A DNA stretch of 63,286 nt, the filler included, from Octopus bimaculoides (Eukaryota): assembly GCF_001194135.2 (NCBI RefSeq). It is 8 parts of 8 records of this genome, joined end to end, with 100 filler letters (N's around TTAATTAATTAA, not from the genome) between each part and the next. Parts side by side here need not be neighbours in the genome. Positions count along the whole stretch, not along the records: positions 24,890 to 38,042 come from NC_069009.1; positions 38,143 to 40,962 come from NC_068989.1; 6 more parts are not named here. One strand, 5' to 3'. The notes beneath the pieces are model-generated. The model made no database searches. It was not told the origin of the DNA and was given only the letters and a program-made list of their open reading frames with translations. Below, in pieces: positions 26,885 through 39,300 of this stretch (position 1 is its first letter; each line of letters opens with the position of its first letter). Both the position numbers and the translations under genes were made by a program.

Positions 26885-27535
26885 TCATACATACGCTCGC
26901 TCACACACACACAGACACACATGCTCATACACATACACTCTCACACACGTGTATACACACACACACCCAATCTCATACACACACACACACACACACAACA
27001 GCTGATTCATCTCATCTTCCATTACCTTTTTTCTTCTCTTCTCTCACCTGCCTCTTCTTTCTTATTCATGCATGCAAACATTACCACACATTCAGTGAGG
27101 CGTGATCACCTCTTGTTTCATATTTCCACCCTGTGTACGTCCCTCTATATCACATTTATCAACATCCTCACCATCGCAGCCATCATTATCATCCTAATAC
27201 AACATTTTTCTTTTTTGTACTTGTTTCAGCCATTAGATTGTGGCCATGCTGGGGCACTGCCTTACAAAGTTTTAGTCGAAAGAGGTAACCCCAGTACTTA
27301 ATTAATTTTTTTTCTTTAAGCTGGTATTTATTTTGTCAGTCTCTGTTGCTGAACCACTAAGCTCCAGGAATACAAGCACACCAACATTGATTGTCAAGCA
27401 GTGATAGGGACAAACACTGAAAGACATACATACATACATACATACATACACACAAGCATACATACATATATATACATACATATATACATATATGCATACA
27501 TACATACATACATACATACACACATACATATATAC

Positions 27536-27573
<38 letters not shown>

Positions 27574-27574
<1 letters not shown>

Positions 27575-27766
27575 GGGAGAATTCACACAAAAAATGAAAG
27601 ATGAAGACAGGTGGTGTAAACAACAAACAAATGTATTAGTTTAACGCTTGGGAAGTGAAAAAGTCTTTGACGTTTCAAGCCCACGCTCTTCCACAGAAAG
27701 GAATACAGAAAGGAACAAGGAAAGAAAATAAAGAATGTGTAGTGGCTAGCGATCTATCATGGCTAT
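27574..27766 (-). mobile_element. Family P1 short repeat (PLE pseudo-LTR/retrozyme-like) next to (TA)n, with HHR motif at 27665-27700
   Basis: Homologous to 37249-37480 and 39101-39300; minus strand CTTT-CTGTGGA-A-GAGC(GTGG)GCTT-GAAA-CG-TC-AAAG. Confidence 0.7.
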
Positions 27767-28594
27767 ANNNNNNNNNNNNNNNNNNNNNNNNNNNNNNNNN
27801 NNNNNNNNNNNNNNNNNNNNNNNNNNNNNNNNNNNNNNNNNNNNNNNNNNNNNNNNNNNNNNNNNNNNNNNNNNNNNNNNNNNNNNNNNNNNNNNNNNNN
27901 NNNNNNNNNNNNNNNNNNNNNNNNNNNNNNNNNNNNNNNNNNNNNNNNNNNNNNNNNNNNNNNNNNNNNNNNNNNNNNNNNNNNNNNNNNNNNNNNNNNN
28001 NNNNNNNNNNNNNNNNNNNNNNNNNNNNNNNNNNNNNNNNNNNNNNNNNNNNNNNNNNNNNNNNNNNNNNNNNNNNNNNNNNNNNNNNNNNNNNNNNNNN
28101 NNNNNNNNNNNNNNNNNNNNNNNNNNNNNNNNNNNNNNNNNNNNNNNNNNNNNNNNNNNNNNNNNNNNNNNNNNNNNNNNNNNNNNNNNNNNNNNNNNNN
28201 NNNNNNNNNNNNNNNNNNNNNNNNNNNNNNNNNNNNNNNNNNNNNNNNNNNNNNNNNNNNNNNNNNNNNNNNNNNNNNNNNNNNNNNNNNNNNNNNNNNN
28301 NNNNNNNNNNNNNNNNNNNNNNNNNNNNNNNNNNNNNNNNNNNNNNNNNNNNNNNNNNNNNNNNNNNNNNNNNNNNNNNNNNNNNNNNNNNNNNNNNNNN
28401 NNNNNNNNNNNNNNNNNNNNNNNNNNNNNNNNNNNNNNNNNNNNNNNNNNNNNNNNNNNNNNNNNNNNNNNNNNNNNNNNNNNNNNNNNNNNNNNNNNNN
28501 NNNNNNNNNNNNNNNNNNNNNNNNNNNNNNNNNNNNNNNNNNNNNNNNNNNNNNNNNNNNNNNNATCAATATTAATATATATATGTAAATACTA

Positions 28595-29396
28595 AAACAG
28601 CCATACTCCCTTCCTTCATGGGAACTACTCACGGCATCCAATAATATCAGAGATCTGGGTGTAATTGTTGATAAAAATCTCAACTGGAGTGCCCACATCA
28701 ACAATAAGGTCAATATAGCTCGTAGGATGAGCTCCTGGATCTTAAGAACCTTCCGGTCCAGAGAACAAGGTGTCATCATTCCACTTTTCTCCTCCTTTGT
28801 ACGGCCACACCTCGAATACTGCTGCCCCTTGTGGTCTCCCCATACAAAACAAAACATCTCGAGGATTGAATCACCCCAGAGGGTACTCACTAAACGAATT
28901 GAAGGAATGACTTATCTCAATTACTGGGACCGCCTTAAAGCCTTGAAGCTCTCCTCTCTCCAGTGCACCGCGAGCAGTACATCATCTGTACGATGTGGAG
29001 AATATACCACTAGCATTGCCCAAACGACCTGAACATTAGTTTCAAGGTTAATCCAAGGCTGGGATCATGGGCCATACATCCCCTGTCCAATTCAGGATCA
29101 CAACATATAGGTACACTGTGGCATAATTTCTTTTCCTCAACAAGCCCTGCCCTGTTTAACATTGTCCCAAAACACATAAAAGAGGAAAAGGATCCCATCA
29201 GCTTTAAATGGAGTCTGGACAGATTTCTTCAAGGAATACCAGACAAGCCACCCATACCTGGATACAACTCACTCAACAAGAACTCACTACTTGAATGGAC
29301 CATAAACAAAACTCGACTTAAAAAGGATTTAGATAATCCTATCAGGTGGTGCTATTAAGATAGACATGGCCTGGACCAATCTTTGGTCAAAACATC
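28595..29396 (+). pseudogene. CR1-type LINE, RT C-terminal region and 3' UTR, frameshifted
   Basis: Translates RDLGVIVDKNLNWSAHINNKV..LRTF..FVRPHLEYCCPLWSPH..IESPQR..YWDRLKALKL, then a frameshift; ends in a GACCAA/TTGGTC hairpin and (TA)n. Confidence 0.9.
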
Positions 29397-29399
29397 TAT

Positions 29400-29800
29400 A
29401 TATATATGCTTTTTAATTGATGTATCAATACCAACAGATGACAATGTTTCTCTAAAAGAAACCGAGAAACTTTCAAAATATAAAGATCTAGAAATAGAGG
29501 TAACTCGAATGTGGAGCCTGAAAACAGCAACAATTCCTATCATAATAGGTACATTAGGTATGATAAAGAAATATTCAGACAAATACATAACAAGAACACC
29601 AGGACTTACAAGTATATATAACATACAGAAAATTGCACTACTAGGTACTGCACACATCCAACGTAAAACACTTTCGATACAGTAACCTTATGGTTACTGA
29701 GCATTACAGCAAACCACAGCACATACCCTAGGCACACAGAGCTGCACTCAGCAGTGAAAGCATGTGATAAAAATAAGACTACTGAATAATAATAAAAATA
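29400..29800 (+). pseudogene. Dong/R4-type LINE 3' end (restriction-like endonuclease tail) with (TAA)n tail
   Basis: LIDVSIPTDDNVSLKETEKLSKYKDLEIEVTRMW..IPIIIGTLG..IQKIALLGTAHI motif. Confidence 0.85.
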
Positions 29801-30156
29801 ACAAGAAGAACAATAATAATAACAATAATAATAATAATAATGATAATACTAAATGGGCCAACAGAAATGGTAACATGTATGTCTATCGTATGAGTGTTGA
29901 CAGAGATGTATCACACATGTAATGTGTTTGATCTTTTTCTCCACTAGATCTAGGTTTATGATGCAGAGCTTATGACCAAAACATTAAAGATATTTCTCTG
30001 AGTGGGATCTTTATATAATAACCTTATATTTTGTAAATTTGAGTATCAATTTGTCTATATGATGATAATGATGATGCTGATGATATATCATAAATGTGTG
30101 TGTGTTTATATATATATATATGTATGTATGTGTGTACATATATATATGTATATGTA

Positions 30157-30214
<58 letters not shown>

Positions 30215-30737
30215 GTTAATTTCAGTTTCTGTCTAACAAATCCACTCATAAGGCTTTGGTCGGCCCAAGGCTATAGTAGGAGACACTTGCCTAAGGTGCC
30301 CCACTGTGGAACTGAACCCAGAACCATGTGGTTGGAAAGCAAGCTTCTCAGCACAGAGTCACACCTACATCATTCTAAGAAGTTTGATTCCCAATGACAT
30401 GGTTATTGGGCTCAGTTCCACTGCATGGCATCAGGCTGACCAAAGCCTTGTGAGTGGATTTGGTAGATGGAAACTGGAAGAAGCCTGCTGTATAGATATG
30501 CGCACATGTGTGTGTGTGTTTGTATGTATGTGTATACATATATGTGTGTGTGTGTGTATATGTATGTACAGTGTATGTGTGTGTACGACAGACTTCTACA
30601 CCTACTAAAATATATCTATCTATCTAACTATCTATCTATCTATCTATCTATCCATCTATATATCTATCTACCCGTCCCATCTTCGTTGAGCCCTGTGTGG
30701 CTAATAAAAGAAATGTATCTATCTATCTATCTATCTA

Positions 30738-30780
<43 letters not shown>

Positions 30781-30799
30781 ATCTATCTATCTATCTCTG

Positions 30800-30842
<43 letters not shown>

Positions 30843-30847
30843 GTCTG

Positions 30848-30916
<69 letters not shown>

Positions 30917-31719
30917 TTATCTATCTCACTCTCTATACATCTAGCTACTATATCTGTCTCTCTGTCTATCTCTATGTATGTCCGTGTGTCTCTGCCATAA
31001 TCTACTTCCTCCAACACCACCACCATCACCACCACCACCACTGCCACCACCACCACCACCACTGCCACCACCACCACCACTACCACCACTTCTGTGCCAC
31101 TCGCTCTCTGCTCTCCAACAAAATATTGATTCAGTAACTGCAGATTGCTATAAACCGTCATCGACAGGCAAGCAGTAACAACAGCAGCAGCAGCAGCAGC
31201 AGTAGCGGCAGTAGTAGTAGTGGTAGTGGTGGTAGCTGTTGAGAAAGNNNNNNNNNNNNNNNNNNNNNNNNNNNNNNNNNNNNNNNNNNNNNNNNNNNNN
31301 NNNNNNNNNNNNNNNNNNNNNNNNNNNNNNNNNNNNNNNNNNNNNNNNNNNNNNNNNNNNNNNNNNNNNNNNNNNNNNNNNNNNNNNNNNNNNNNNNNNN
31401 NNNNNNNNNNNNNNNNNNNNNNNNNNNNNNNNNNNNNNNNNNNNNNNNNNNNNNNNNNNNNNNNNNNNNNNNNNNNNNNNNNNNNNNNNNNNNNNNNNNN
31501 NNNNNNNNNNNNNNNNNNNNNNNNNNNNNNNNNNNNNNNNNNNNNNNNNNNNNNNNNNNNNNNNNNNNNNNNNNNNNNNNNNNNNNNNNNNNNNNNNNNN
31601 NNNNNNNNNNNNNNNNNNNNNNNNNNNNNNNNNNNNNNNNNNNNNNNNNNNNNNNNNNNNNTGGTGGTAGTGGTGGTGGTGGTGGTGGTGGTGGCGGTGG
31701 CGGAGGCAGTAGTAGCGAT

Positions 31720-32270
31720 GTTGTTGTTATTGTTTCACCCTAGGACAGCCCGGTTCCAGTAGATCTACGATGAAAGATGTTCCTGCTTTGACCATCTCAT
31801 CTGTTATTCAGACACAGTGTACCTAGGACTACATTATCTAATGTACAGTATAGTAATTACTTTTAGTGACTGTAGTTGTTGCTGATGTTGTTGTTGCTGT
31901 TCAACCCCAGGTCAATCTTGATCAAGCAGAACTGAGCATAGCCGTTCCACCCATGACCATCCTGTCTTTCATTCTGGCAATGTGTATCTAGAACTACATA
32001 ATCTAATGTATAGTATAGCAGTTAGTACTAGTGGCAATGGTTGTTGCTGTTGTTGTTTAACCCTGGGTCAGACCAGGTCAAGCAGACCTATTATCAAAGA
32101 TGTTCTAGCCATGGCCAGGATACTTTTTTTTTACCCAGACACAGTATATCTTGGACTACATTATCTAATGTATCCTTCTGATTTTAATTTCTGAAGGCAA
32201 CAGTTGCGTGTGAGATTTGAAGGAGTTTTCACTGCTCTTTCTAGCCGGTCCACTGACCATGTAATTTTTT
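31720..32270 (-). mobile_element. Cluster of three partial family E repeats, each abutting (GTT)n/(GTG)n
   Basis: Repeated ACCCCAGGTC..AGCAGA..GACCATC..ACAGTGTA.CTAGGACTACATTATCTAATGTA units at about 31735, 31900 and 32055. Confidence 0.75.
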
Positions 32271-32444
32271 TCTAGTTGTTGGGTTACCAATTCAAAACTA
32301 TTTCCAATAGTTGGGTGTGCTTTGAGAGGGATTTGGCTGCTATCTCTAGTAGATTATGCAGCTATGTAGAGGCACTTCCATTCGCGCATGACAATATTGG
32401 GGGTGGTCGGATAGTGGCAACTATGTCAATGGGGTGGGGAACAC

Positions 32445-32476
<32 letters not shown>

Positions 32477-32777
32477 TTAGCGTTGGTGGTGGTTGTAGTG
32501 GTGGTGGTAGACGATAGAGGTCGCTCTTGTTGGTGCTGCAGCACGGCGTCCTATCCCCACTCGCCCCCCCCCCCCATTGCCACCGTCACTACCACCACCA
32601 ACACCACTATCACCGCCACTACCATCGTTGTCGTCGTCATCATCATCGTCATCGTCACCACCACCACAACCACCACCATCANNNNNNNNNNCTATCACCG
32701 CCACTACCATCGTTGTCGTCGTCATCATCATCGTCATCGTCACCACCACCACAACTGCAATCACTACTACCACCACC

Positions 32778-32811
<34 letters not shown>

Positions 32812-33218
32812 CCACCAACACCCGACCGTTCTCTCGGTTACTACCTTCCACCCTGCACTCCCAACCCCTGTCTCGCTCTCTCTCTGCCCTGTAAAAGAAA
32901 AACCTCCCATTTCGGTCGCTACAAACCACCACCACCACTACCAGCACCACCACCACAACCACCACCATCACTACCACAACTACATCTCAGAACTACTACT
33001 ACTGCTACTACTACTACTACTACTACAAGTATTGTTACTAGTAATACTACTTCAAACATCGATACTATAACATCCATCCCGATCACCATCAGCACCACTG
33101 ACGCCACTGCCACCTCAACCACACCCAGTTCTGTAAGATAATGCAGAGACGCCCACGCAGCAATGTCGATGCATGCTCACGCGCACACAAACACACTTGT
33201 GATTCTGTGAGTGTGTTT

Positions 33219-33261
<43 letters not shown>

Positions 33262-33406
33262 CCAACATATATGCGTGTGTTTGCATGGTGTACAAATACA
33301 TAGATGTACAAATACTTTTCTGTTTGCAGCATGATACATATATGTATATTATATATATACACACATGTATATATGTATATATGTATATAAACAATATATA
33401 TGTAAC

Positions 33407-33450
<44 letters not shown>

Positions 33451-33451
33451 T

Positions 33452-33512
<61 letters not shown>

Positions 33513-33944
33513 TACATACGCATGTATACACACACACACACACATACATAATTATATATGCATTATGTATATGATATATATATTTAACCCATGCTAGCAT
33601 GGAAAATAGGTATTGTAATAAATGCAAAAATGAAAAACATATATATATATATATATATATACCATATATATATATATATATATGTATATGTATATATGTA
33701 TGTATATATATCTATATGTGTATATATGTATATATATAGTGAGTTCAAAATAGAAAAATGACAAAAGAAAAACAACAAAAAACAAGAGGACGTGATATAG
33801 ATATTGTGTTACTGGACGCTCGGGAAAGGAAAGATGTACACACACACACACACAGACGCACATATACACATAATCACACACAGACGCACATATACACATA
33901 ATCACACAGATACATCTATGCATACAGCATATATGTGTGTGTGT

Positions 33945-33980
<36 letters not shown>

Positions 33981-33983
<3 letters not shown>

Positions 33984-34430
33984 TGGTACCTTGAGCAAGT
34001 GTCTTCTTCTATAGCCTTGGGCCAACCAAAGCCTTGTGAGTGGATTTGGTAGACGGAAACTGAAAGAAGCCCATCATATATATATATATATATGTATGTA
34101 TGTAAGTATATATATATATGTATATATGTATATGTTTGTGTGTTTGCGTTTGTCCACCCCACTCGCTTGACAACTGATGTTCGTGCTTTTACGTCTCCGT
34201 ATATATATATGTATGTGTGTGTATGTATGTGTGTGTGTGTCTGTATTTGTGTGTCTGTGTGTGTACCTCCACCATTGCTTGACAACCGATGTTGGTGTGT
34301 TTACATCCCCATTACTTAATGGTTTGGCAAAAGAGACCAATAGCATAAGTACAAAGAATATGTCCTGGGATCGATTTGAAAAGACGGTGCTCCAACATGG
34401 CCACAGTCAAATGAGTGAAACAAATAAAAC
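33981..34430 (+). mobile_element. SINE family B with expanded internal microsatellite and partial internal duplication
   Basis: GGTACCTTGAGCAAGTGTCTTC..GGAAACTGAAAGAAGCCC; GCTTGACAAC segment occurs twice. Confidence 0.85.
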
Positions 34431-34910
34431 AATATATATATATATATCTGTGTATATATGTAAACAATATATATATGTGTATAACTGTGTATATATATAT
34501 ATACTTAAAATAAGTAAGTGTTGATTAAATACTGGCATCGATTTAATTAATTATTGTGGAAAATAGAAAGAATTGGTCAGGAACACAAGACAAAAAAGCC
34601 CAAGATACAAAATGGAGGTCTCTTGTTTTGGATGTCTATACATTATATATACATATATATATACAACTATATATCAGGTTGAGTAAGAAGTAAGCAACGT
34701 TTTGAGGCATGAAGAATTTGTATCGGATTTTTGCAGAGTCTTGAATTTTTTCTAAACAATTTTTGTGCAATTGTCTGATAATATAGACATAGACTAAACT
34801 ATGGGACTGTAAACAAACCAACACCGGTTGCCAAGTGGTGCTGAGTGACAAACACAGACACACAGATATACATGCATACATACACACACACACATATATA
34901 TACATATATA

Positions 34911-35409
34911 ACACAAGCAATGTAGGTAGTTAGAAAATTTCTACAAGAGAAGTAATGTTTGTTGTCACTTTAACCGGCTGTTCCATAGGAACCAATGTTA
35001 CTACCGTTTTTAACTCCAGGAGGATGCCTCCTCCAGTTGGTTATTGATGCAATCTACACCCAATATATATTATAAGCAGGAGAGCAAACACCCACCATTT
35101 TCTTGCAATGATGGGACCACCAGAGTGGATGGATGTCCACCACTGAGGATGAGCAGAAATAGCTTGAAACAGGACAGTCTGGTAGTTCTGTCATCACTAG
35201 AAGACGGTATGGGTTTACTCCCCTGCTTGCAATATATATTGGGTGCAGATTGCATTGATAACCAGCTGGAGGTGTCCTTCTGGGATTAAAAATGATAGTA
35301 TTGTTGGTCTGTATGGAACAGCCATGTTGAAGTGGTGACATACATTACTTCACAGCATAGTTACTACTTTCATCTCTTATAGAGATTTTCTAATTAGCTA
35401 CTTTGCTTG

Positions 35410-35410
<1 letters not shown>
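34911..35410. repeat. 500-bp foldback (inverted-repeat) element flanked by (TA)n-type microsatellite
   Basis: 34911-35124 aligns to the reverse complement of 35178-35410 (e.g. GATGCAATCTACACCCAATATATATT / AATATATATTGGGTGCAGATTGCAT); 53-bp loop. Confidence 0.9.
35137..35185 (+). ncRNA. Type I hammerhead ribozyme in the loop of the foldback element
   Basis: CCACCA-CTGAGGA-T-GAGC(AGAAATA)GCTT-GAAA-C(AGGACA)G-TC|TGGTAG; stem I ACCA/TGGT; cleavage after 35179. Confidence 0.7.
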
Positions 35411-35450
<40 letters not shown>

Positions 35451-35511
35451 NNNNNNNNNNNNNNNNNNNNNNNNNNNNNNNNNNNNNNNNNNNNNNNNNN
35501 NNNNNNNNNTG

Positions 35512-35552
<41 letters not shown>

Positions 35553-35558
35553 TATATA

Positions 35559-36090
35559 CAGGGTGTTCCAAAAGTCACTGATGGATTTCAATTGTTAATA
35601 ACTTCCTTGACTTTACAAATAAATGCATGAAATTTTGATACAATATGAAGGACATAATGGAAATTAATATGCATAAGTCAAATTTTGCAATACCACTACA
35701 TCACTTATGAAAAATGACATCGCTTAAATGGCAGCCATTTTCGACTTCGCACGCATGTGCTCTTTCCGAAACTTGCCCCATAACACCCTCAAGAGTTTCA
35801 GACCCCACTTCTCTGATTTCTCTATTGATGTTCTCCTTTAGTTGCTCCTGGGCCTCTGGTTTGTTGACGTAAACCCTCTCTCTCAAGTCTCCCCACAAGA
35901 AAACATCCAGGTTAGTTAAGTCTGCAGAACGTGAAGGCCATTCAAAGTAGATCACGCACATGGGCCAACTGCTCATACCGCTAGAAAAACATGCTTTGGA
36001 GAGAGAATAATTCTTGCTACTGCAATGTCAACTGGCTTTCACATCCCCCAAACTTGACTAGCCTGGATTCTTTCTGTAACCACCTTGCCC
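35559..36090 (-). pseudogene. Tc1/mariner-superfamily transposon: right TIR and transposase C-terminus
   Basis: TA|CAGGGTGTTCCAAAAG terminus at 35559; 35701-35976 encodes WPSRSADLTNLDVFLWGDLRERVY..LKENI..C..ENGCH. Confidence 0.9.
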
Positions 36091-36289
36091 AGACACATAC
36101 AAAAAAAAAATCATATACAGTATTATTCAATCTGCTGTGTCTCTCTGATGAGATTATGCTCTGAAATATGATTTTAATATTTGATTACTTTTTCTGTGTA
36201 CAATGGAAACAGCTGTAAGGGATAAAGACTGATTTGTTGATGATAATAAACTCTTATTAACTTCAATATCTCCATTTCCTTCTTAACCA

Positions 36290-36353
<64 letters not shown>

Positions 36354-37220
36354 AGCAATTATTCAGATAAACAAATTTGTTTATCCGCATAATTAACTCT
36401 ATTCCTACTCAACTTGATCCCTCTTTTAGTCTTTCTTTACCTTGTCGAATCAATCCCCTGTAAAGACATTGGAGTAAAAGTTTGGATCTTTTGAGCACTA
36501 ATAAGTGTCTTTTATAATGAGAATCTCTGGATCTCATCTGTGAACTATATATGTACATACACACACACACATACATGTCTATATACACATACACATACCC
36601 ATCAACTGATCTATCTGTTCCTGGAATGGTCATGTGGGTGGAGTCCTCAGGTACCTCCTCCTTAAGGTCTTATAAGAAGCATCTGTCTTTACACTTTCTG
36701 ACTGGATTCTCAAGCACAAACAAGCTGAAACTATGGCTATTATCCAACAGTCTCATTCTTGGTCTACTCCTAGATAAATTCTTCTATTTACATAATATCA
36801 AGGCCTCATTCATTCTTTTGTTGTCATACTATTACTATTAATATATATATATATTATAGCCTCAGACCGACCAAAGCCTTGTGAGTGGATTTCATACACA
36901 GAAACTGAAAGAACAGTGTTGTATGTATGTGTATATTTGTGTGTGTGTTTGCATGTGTCTGTGTTTGTACCTCCACCATTGCTTGACAACCGATGTTGCT
37001 GTGTTTACATTCNNNNNNNNNNNNNNNNNNNNNNNNNNNNNNNNNNNNNNNNNNNNNNNNNNNNNNNNNNNNNNNNNNNNNNNNNNNNNNNNNNNNNNNN
37101 NNNNNNNNNNNNNNNNNNNNNNNNNNNNNNNNNNNNNNNNNNNNNNNNNNNNNNNNNNNNNNNNNNNNNNNNNNNNNNNNNNNNNNNNNNNNNNNNNNNN
37201 NNNNNNNNNNNNNNNNNNNN

Positions 37221-37248
<28 letters not shown>

Positions 37249-37255
<7 letters not shown>

Positions 37256-37480
37256 ATTTACGAAAAAAACAACAGACGAAGACAGGTGGTGTAAACAACA
37301 AATGGATGTATTAGTTTAATGCTGGGGAATAGAGAAAGTCTTTGACGTTTCGAGCTACGCTTTTCAACAGAAAGGAACACAGAAAGAAATAAGGAGAGAA
37401 ACAAGGAGAGAAAAAATATAAATGTAGTGGTCAGCGATCTATCATGGCGAATGCCAGACAGAAGGATCACACAGGAGAGC
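37249..37480 (-). mobile_element. Family P1 complete ~230-bp copy between (TA)n tracts, with HHR motif at 37340-37374
   Basis: Minus strand CTTT-CTGTTGA-A-AAGC(GTA)GCTC-GAAA-CG-TC-AAAG. Confidence 0.75.
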
Positions 37481-37820
37481 TAATATATATATATATATTA
37501 ATGCCTCAGAATGACCAAAGCCTTGTGAGTGGATTTCATACACAGAAACTGAAAGAACAGTGTTGTATGTATGTGTATATTTGTGTGTGTGTTTGCATGT
37601 GTCTGTGTTTGTACCTCCACCATTGCTTGACAACCGATGTTGCTGTGTTTACATTCCCATAATGTAGCAGTTCGGTAAGAGACACTGATAGAATGAGCAT
37701 TAGGTTTTCAAAGAATAAATCCTTTGGTCGATTTTTTCCGAGCAACGCCGATGCTCTAGCATAGCCACAGTCACATGACTGAAACAAGTAAGCCAATAAA
37801 GAGAACTATGTCATTTTAAT

Positions 37821-37848
37821 CCCGAGCAAGGCTGGGTGTCTCTGCTAG
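37821..37848 (+). mobile_element. Helitron-like 3' terminus
   Basis: GC-rich hairpin CCCGAGC..GCTGGG followed by CTAG|T. Confidence 0.5.
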
Positions 37849-39070
37849 TATATATATATATATATATATATATATTAATATATATATTAGCAAATGTTGC
37901 AACATTCACTAATTCCTGAAGTGGGGGTCATAAGCCTGGGACATTAAATGCAGGGTAGGTCACCATTAATTCATATGCCTGTTTTCTTGCGATTTGCCTT
38001 GGATTTATTTCGCCTTGTTCCGGCTTTACCCATGAATTTTATNNNNNNNNNNNNNNNNNNNNNNNNNNNNNNNNNNNNNNNNNNNNTTAATTAATTAANN
38101 NNNNNNNNNNNNNNNNNNNNNNNNNNNNNNNNNNNNNNNNNNTATATATATGTATGTATAACTGTATTGCTTTTGGTAGCCTAAGGATTCACATAAGGAG
38201 CCACCAGGTGAAGTGCATGAATTGTATACATTGGTGAATAGTAGTAATAGTAATGCGAGTGTGTTGTTAATTGTCTGCTTGGTTGTTTTTATTTTTGTCT
38301 TCTCACTAAACACTCTCACGTTGTCTTCAATGTGACAGTCCATCATATATATATATGTAGTGAATCTTGCAAGCATGAAGTGGATTCGATCCACCATAGC
38401 TAAATTTAAATCAACACTTCAATAGAACTTTTACCATGGTGGAACAATGGTTTTTCTCTGACAGCAGTTTTACATTTGCCAGATTGCCTTTAGCTAGGCC
38501 GAAATAATGTCTTCACTACTTGACCCTTATAACCTCTTCTACTTCACCAAAAGCTAGAGTTAAGAGAACAAGATCACCAACTAAATCTATTGTTCTCAAC
38601 AATATGTCTATCCTTCTGAATAGTTATAAAAGCATAAACCCCAAGCAAAAAGACAGTTAGTCACTTCGGTGACAGCTCAGTGAGAGAGAAGTCTGGCTGA
38701 CCAGCTAGAACCTTGGTCAGAGGGAAAAATGAAGTTTACTGTCAACAACTGTGAGACAACGTCCCACAACCCTACAACTCTCACTAGCTCTAATTCTGTT
38801 CTCTTAAAACATCCTTCTATCTCTGTCTGTAATTACTACTAAACAACGAAGAGAACACAAACACAAATTTTACTTTGCATGCTTTATGATTTTTATCATA
38901 ACCTGCCCGTCGAGGCAAGGTATTGTAACGTAACGGTAAATATTTCCTTAAAACTTCATGCATTGTTCATCTTTCACAGCCTACAACATGCCATTATAAC
39001 AACAAATTTTTATCGTTACAACTGCTGATTCCGACTTTTCATATTACTGTTTACTAATTAATATTACCCG

Positions 39071-39100
<30 letters not shown>

Positions 39101-39104
<4 letters not shown>

Positions 39105-39300
39105 CAAATTTACAGAAAACTAAAAATGAAGACAGGTGAGAGAACAACAGGCTGGTGTATTATTGATGCTTGGGAAGAATGGAAAAGTCTTTGATGTTTT
39201 GAGTTTATGCTCTTCGACAGAAAGGGTTGAGAGCAAAAAAAAATGATGAGAGAATGAAAAAAAAAATGGTGAGAAAAATATATGTACTGCTAAGGCCAGC
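39101..39300 (-). mobile_element. Family P1 copy, CpG-decayed, with HHR motif at 39189-39224
   Basis: Minus strand CTTT-CTGTCGA-A-GAGC(ATAA)ACTC-AAAA-CA-TC-AAAG. Confidence 0.65.

Noticed and set aside
25943-27301. Long MYVC/YIHT/HTHT ORFs
   Set aside because: Microsatellite translation and N-gap read-through
32276-33141. His/Thr/Pro-rich ORFs up to 264 aa
   Set aside because: Trinucleotide microsatellite (CAC/CAT/ACT) with an assembly duplication
36140-36180. CTGATGAGATTATGCTCTGAAA as an HHR
   Set aside because: Only a 2-bp stem II; no stem I partner or cleavage triplet
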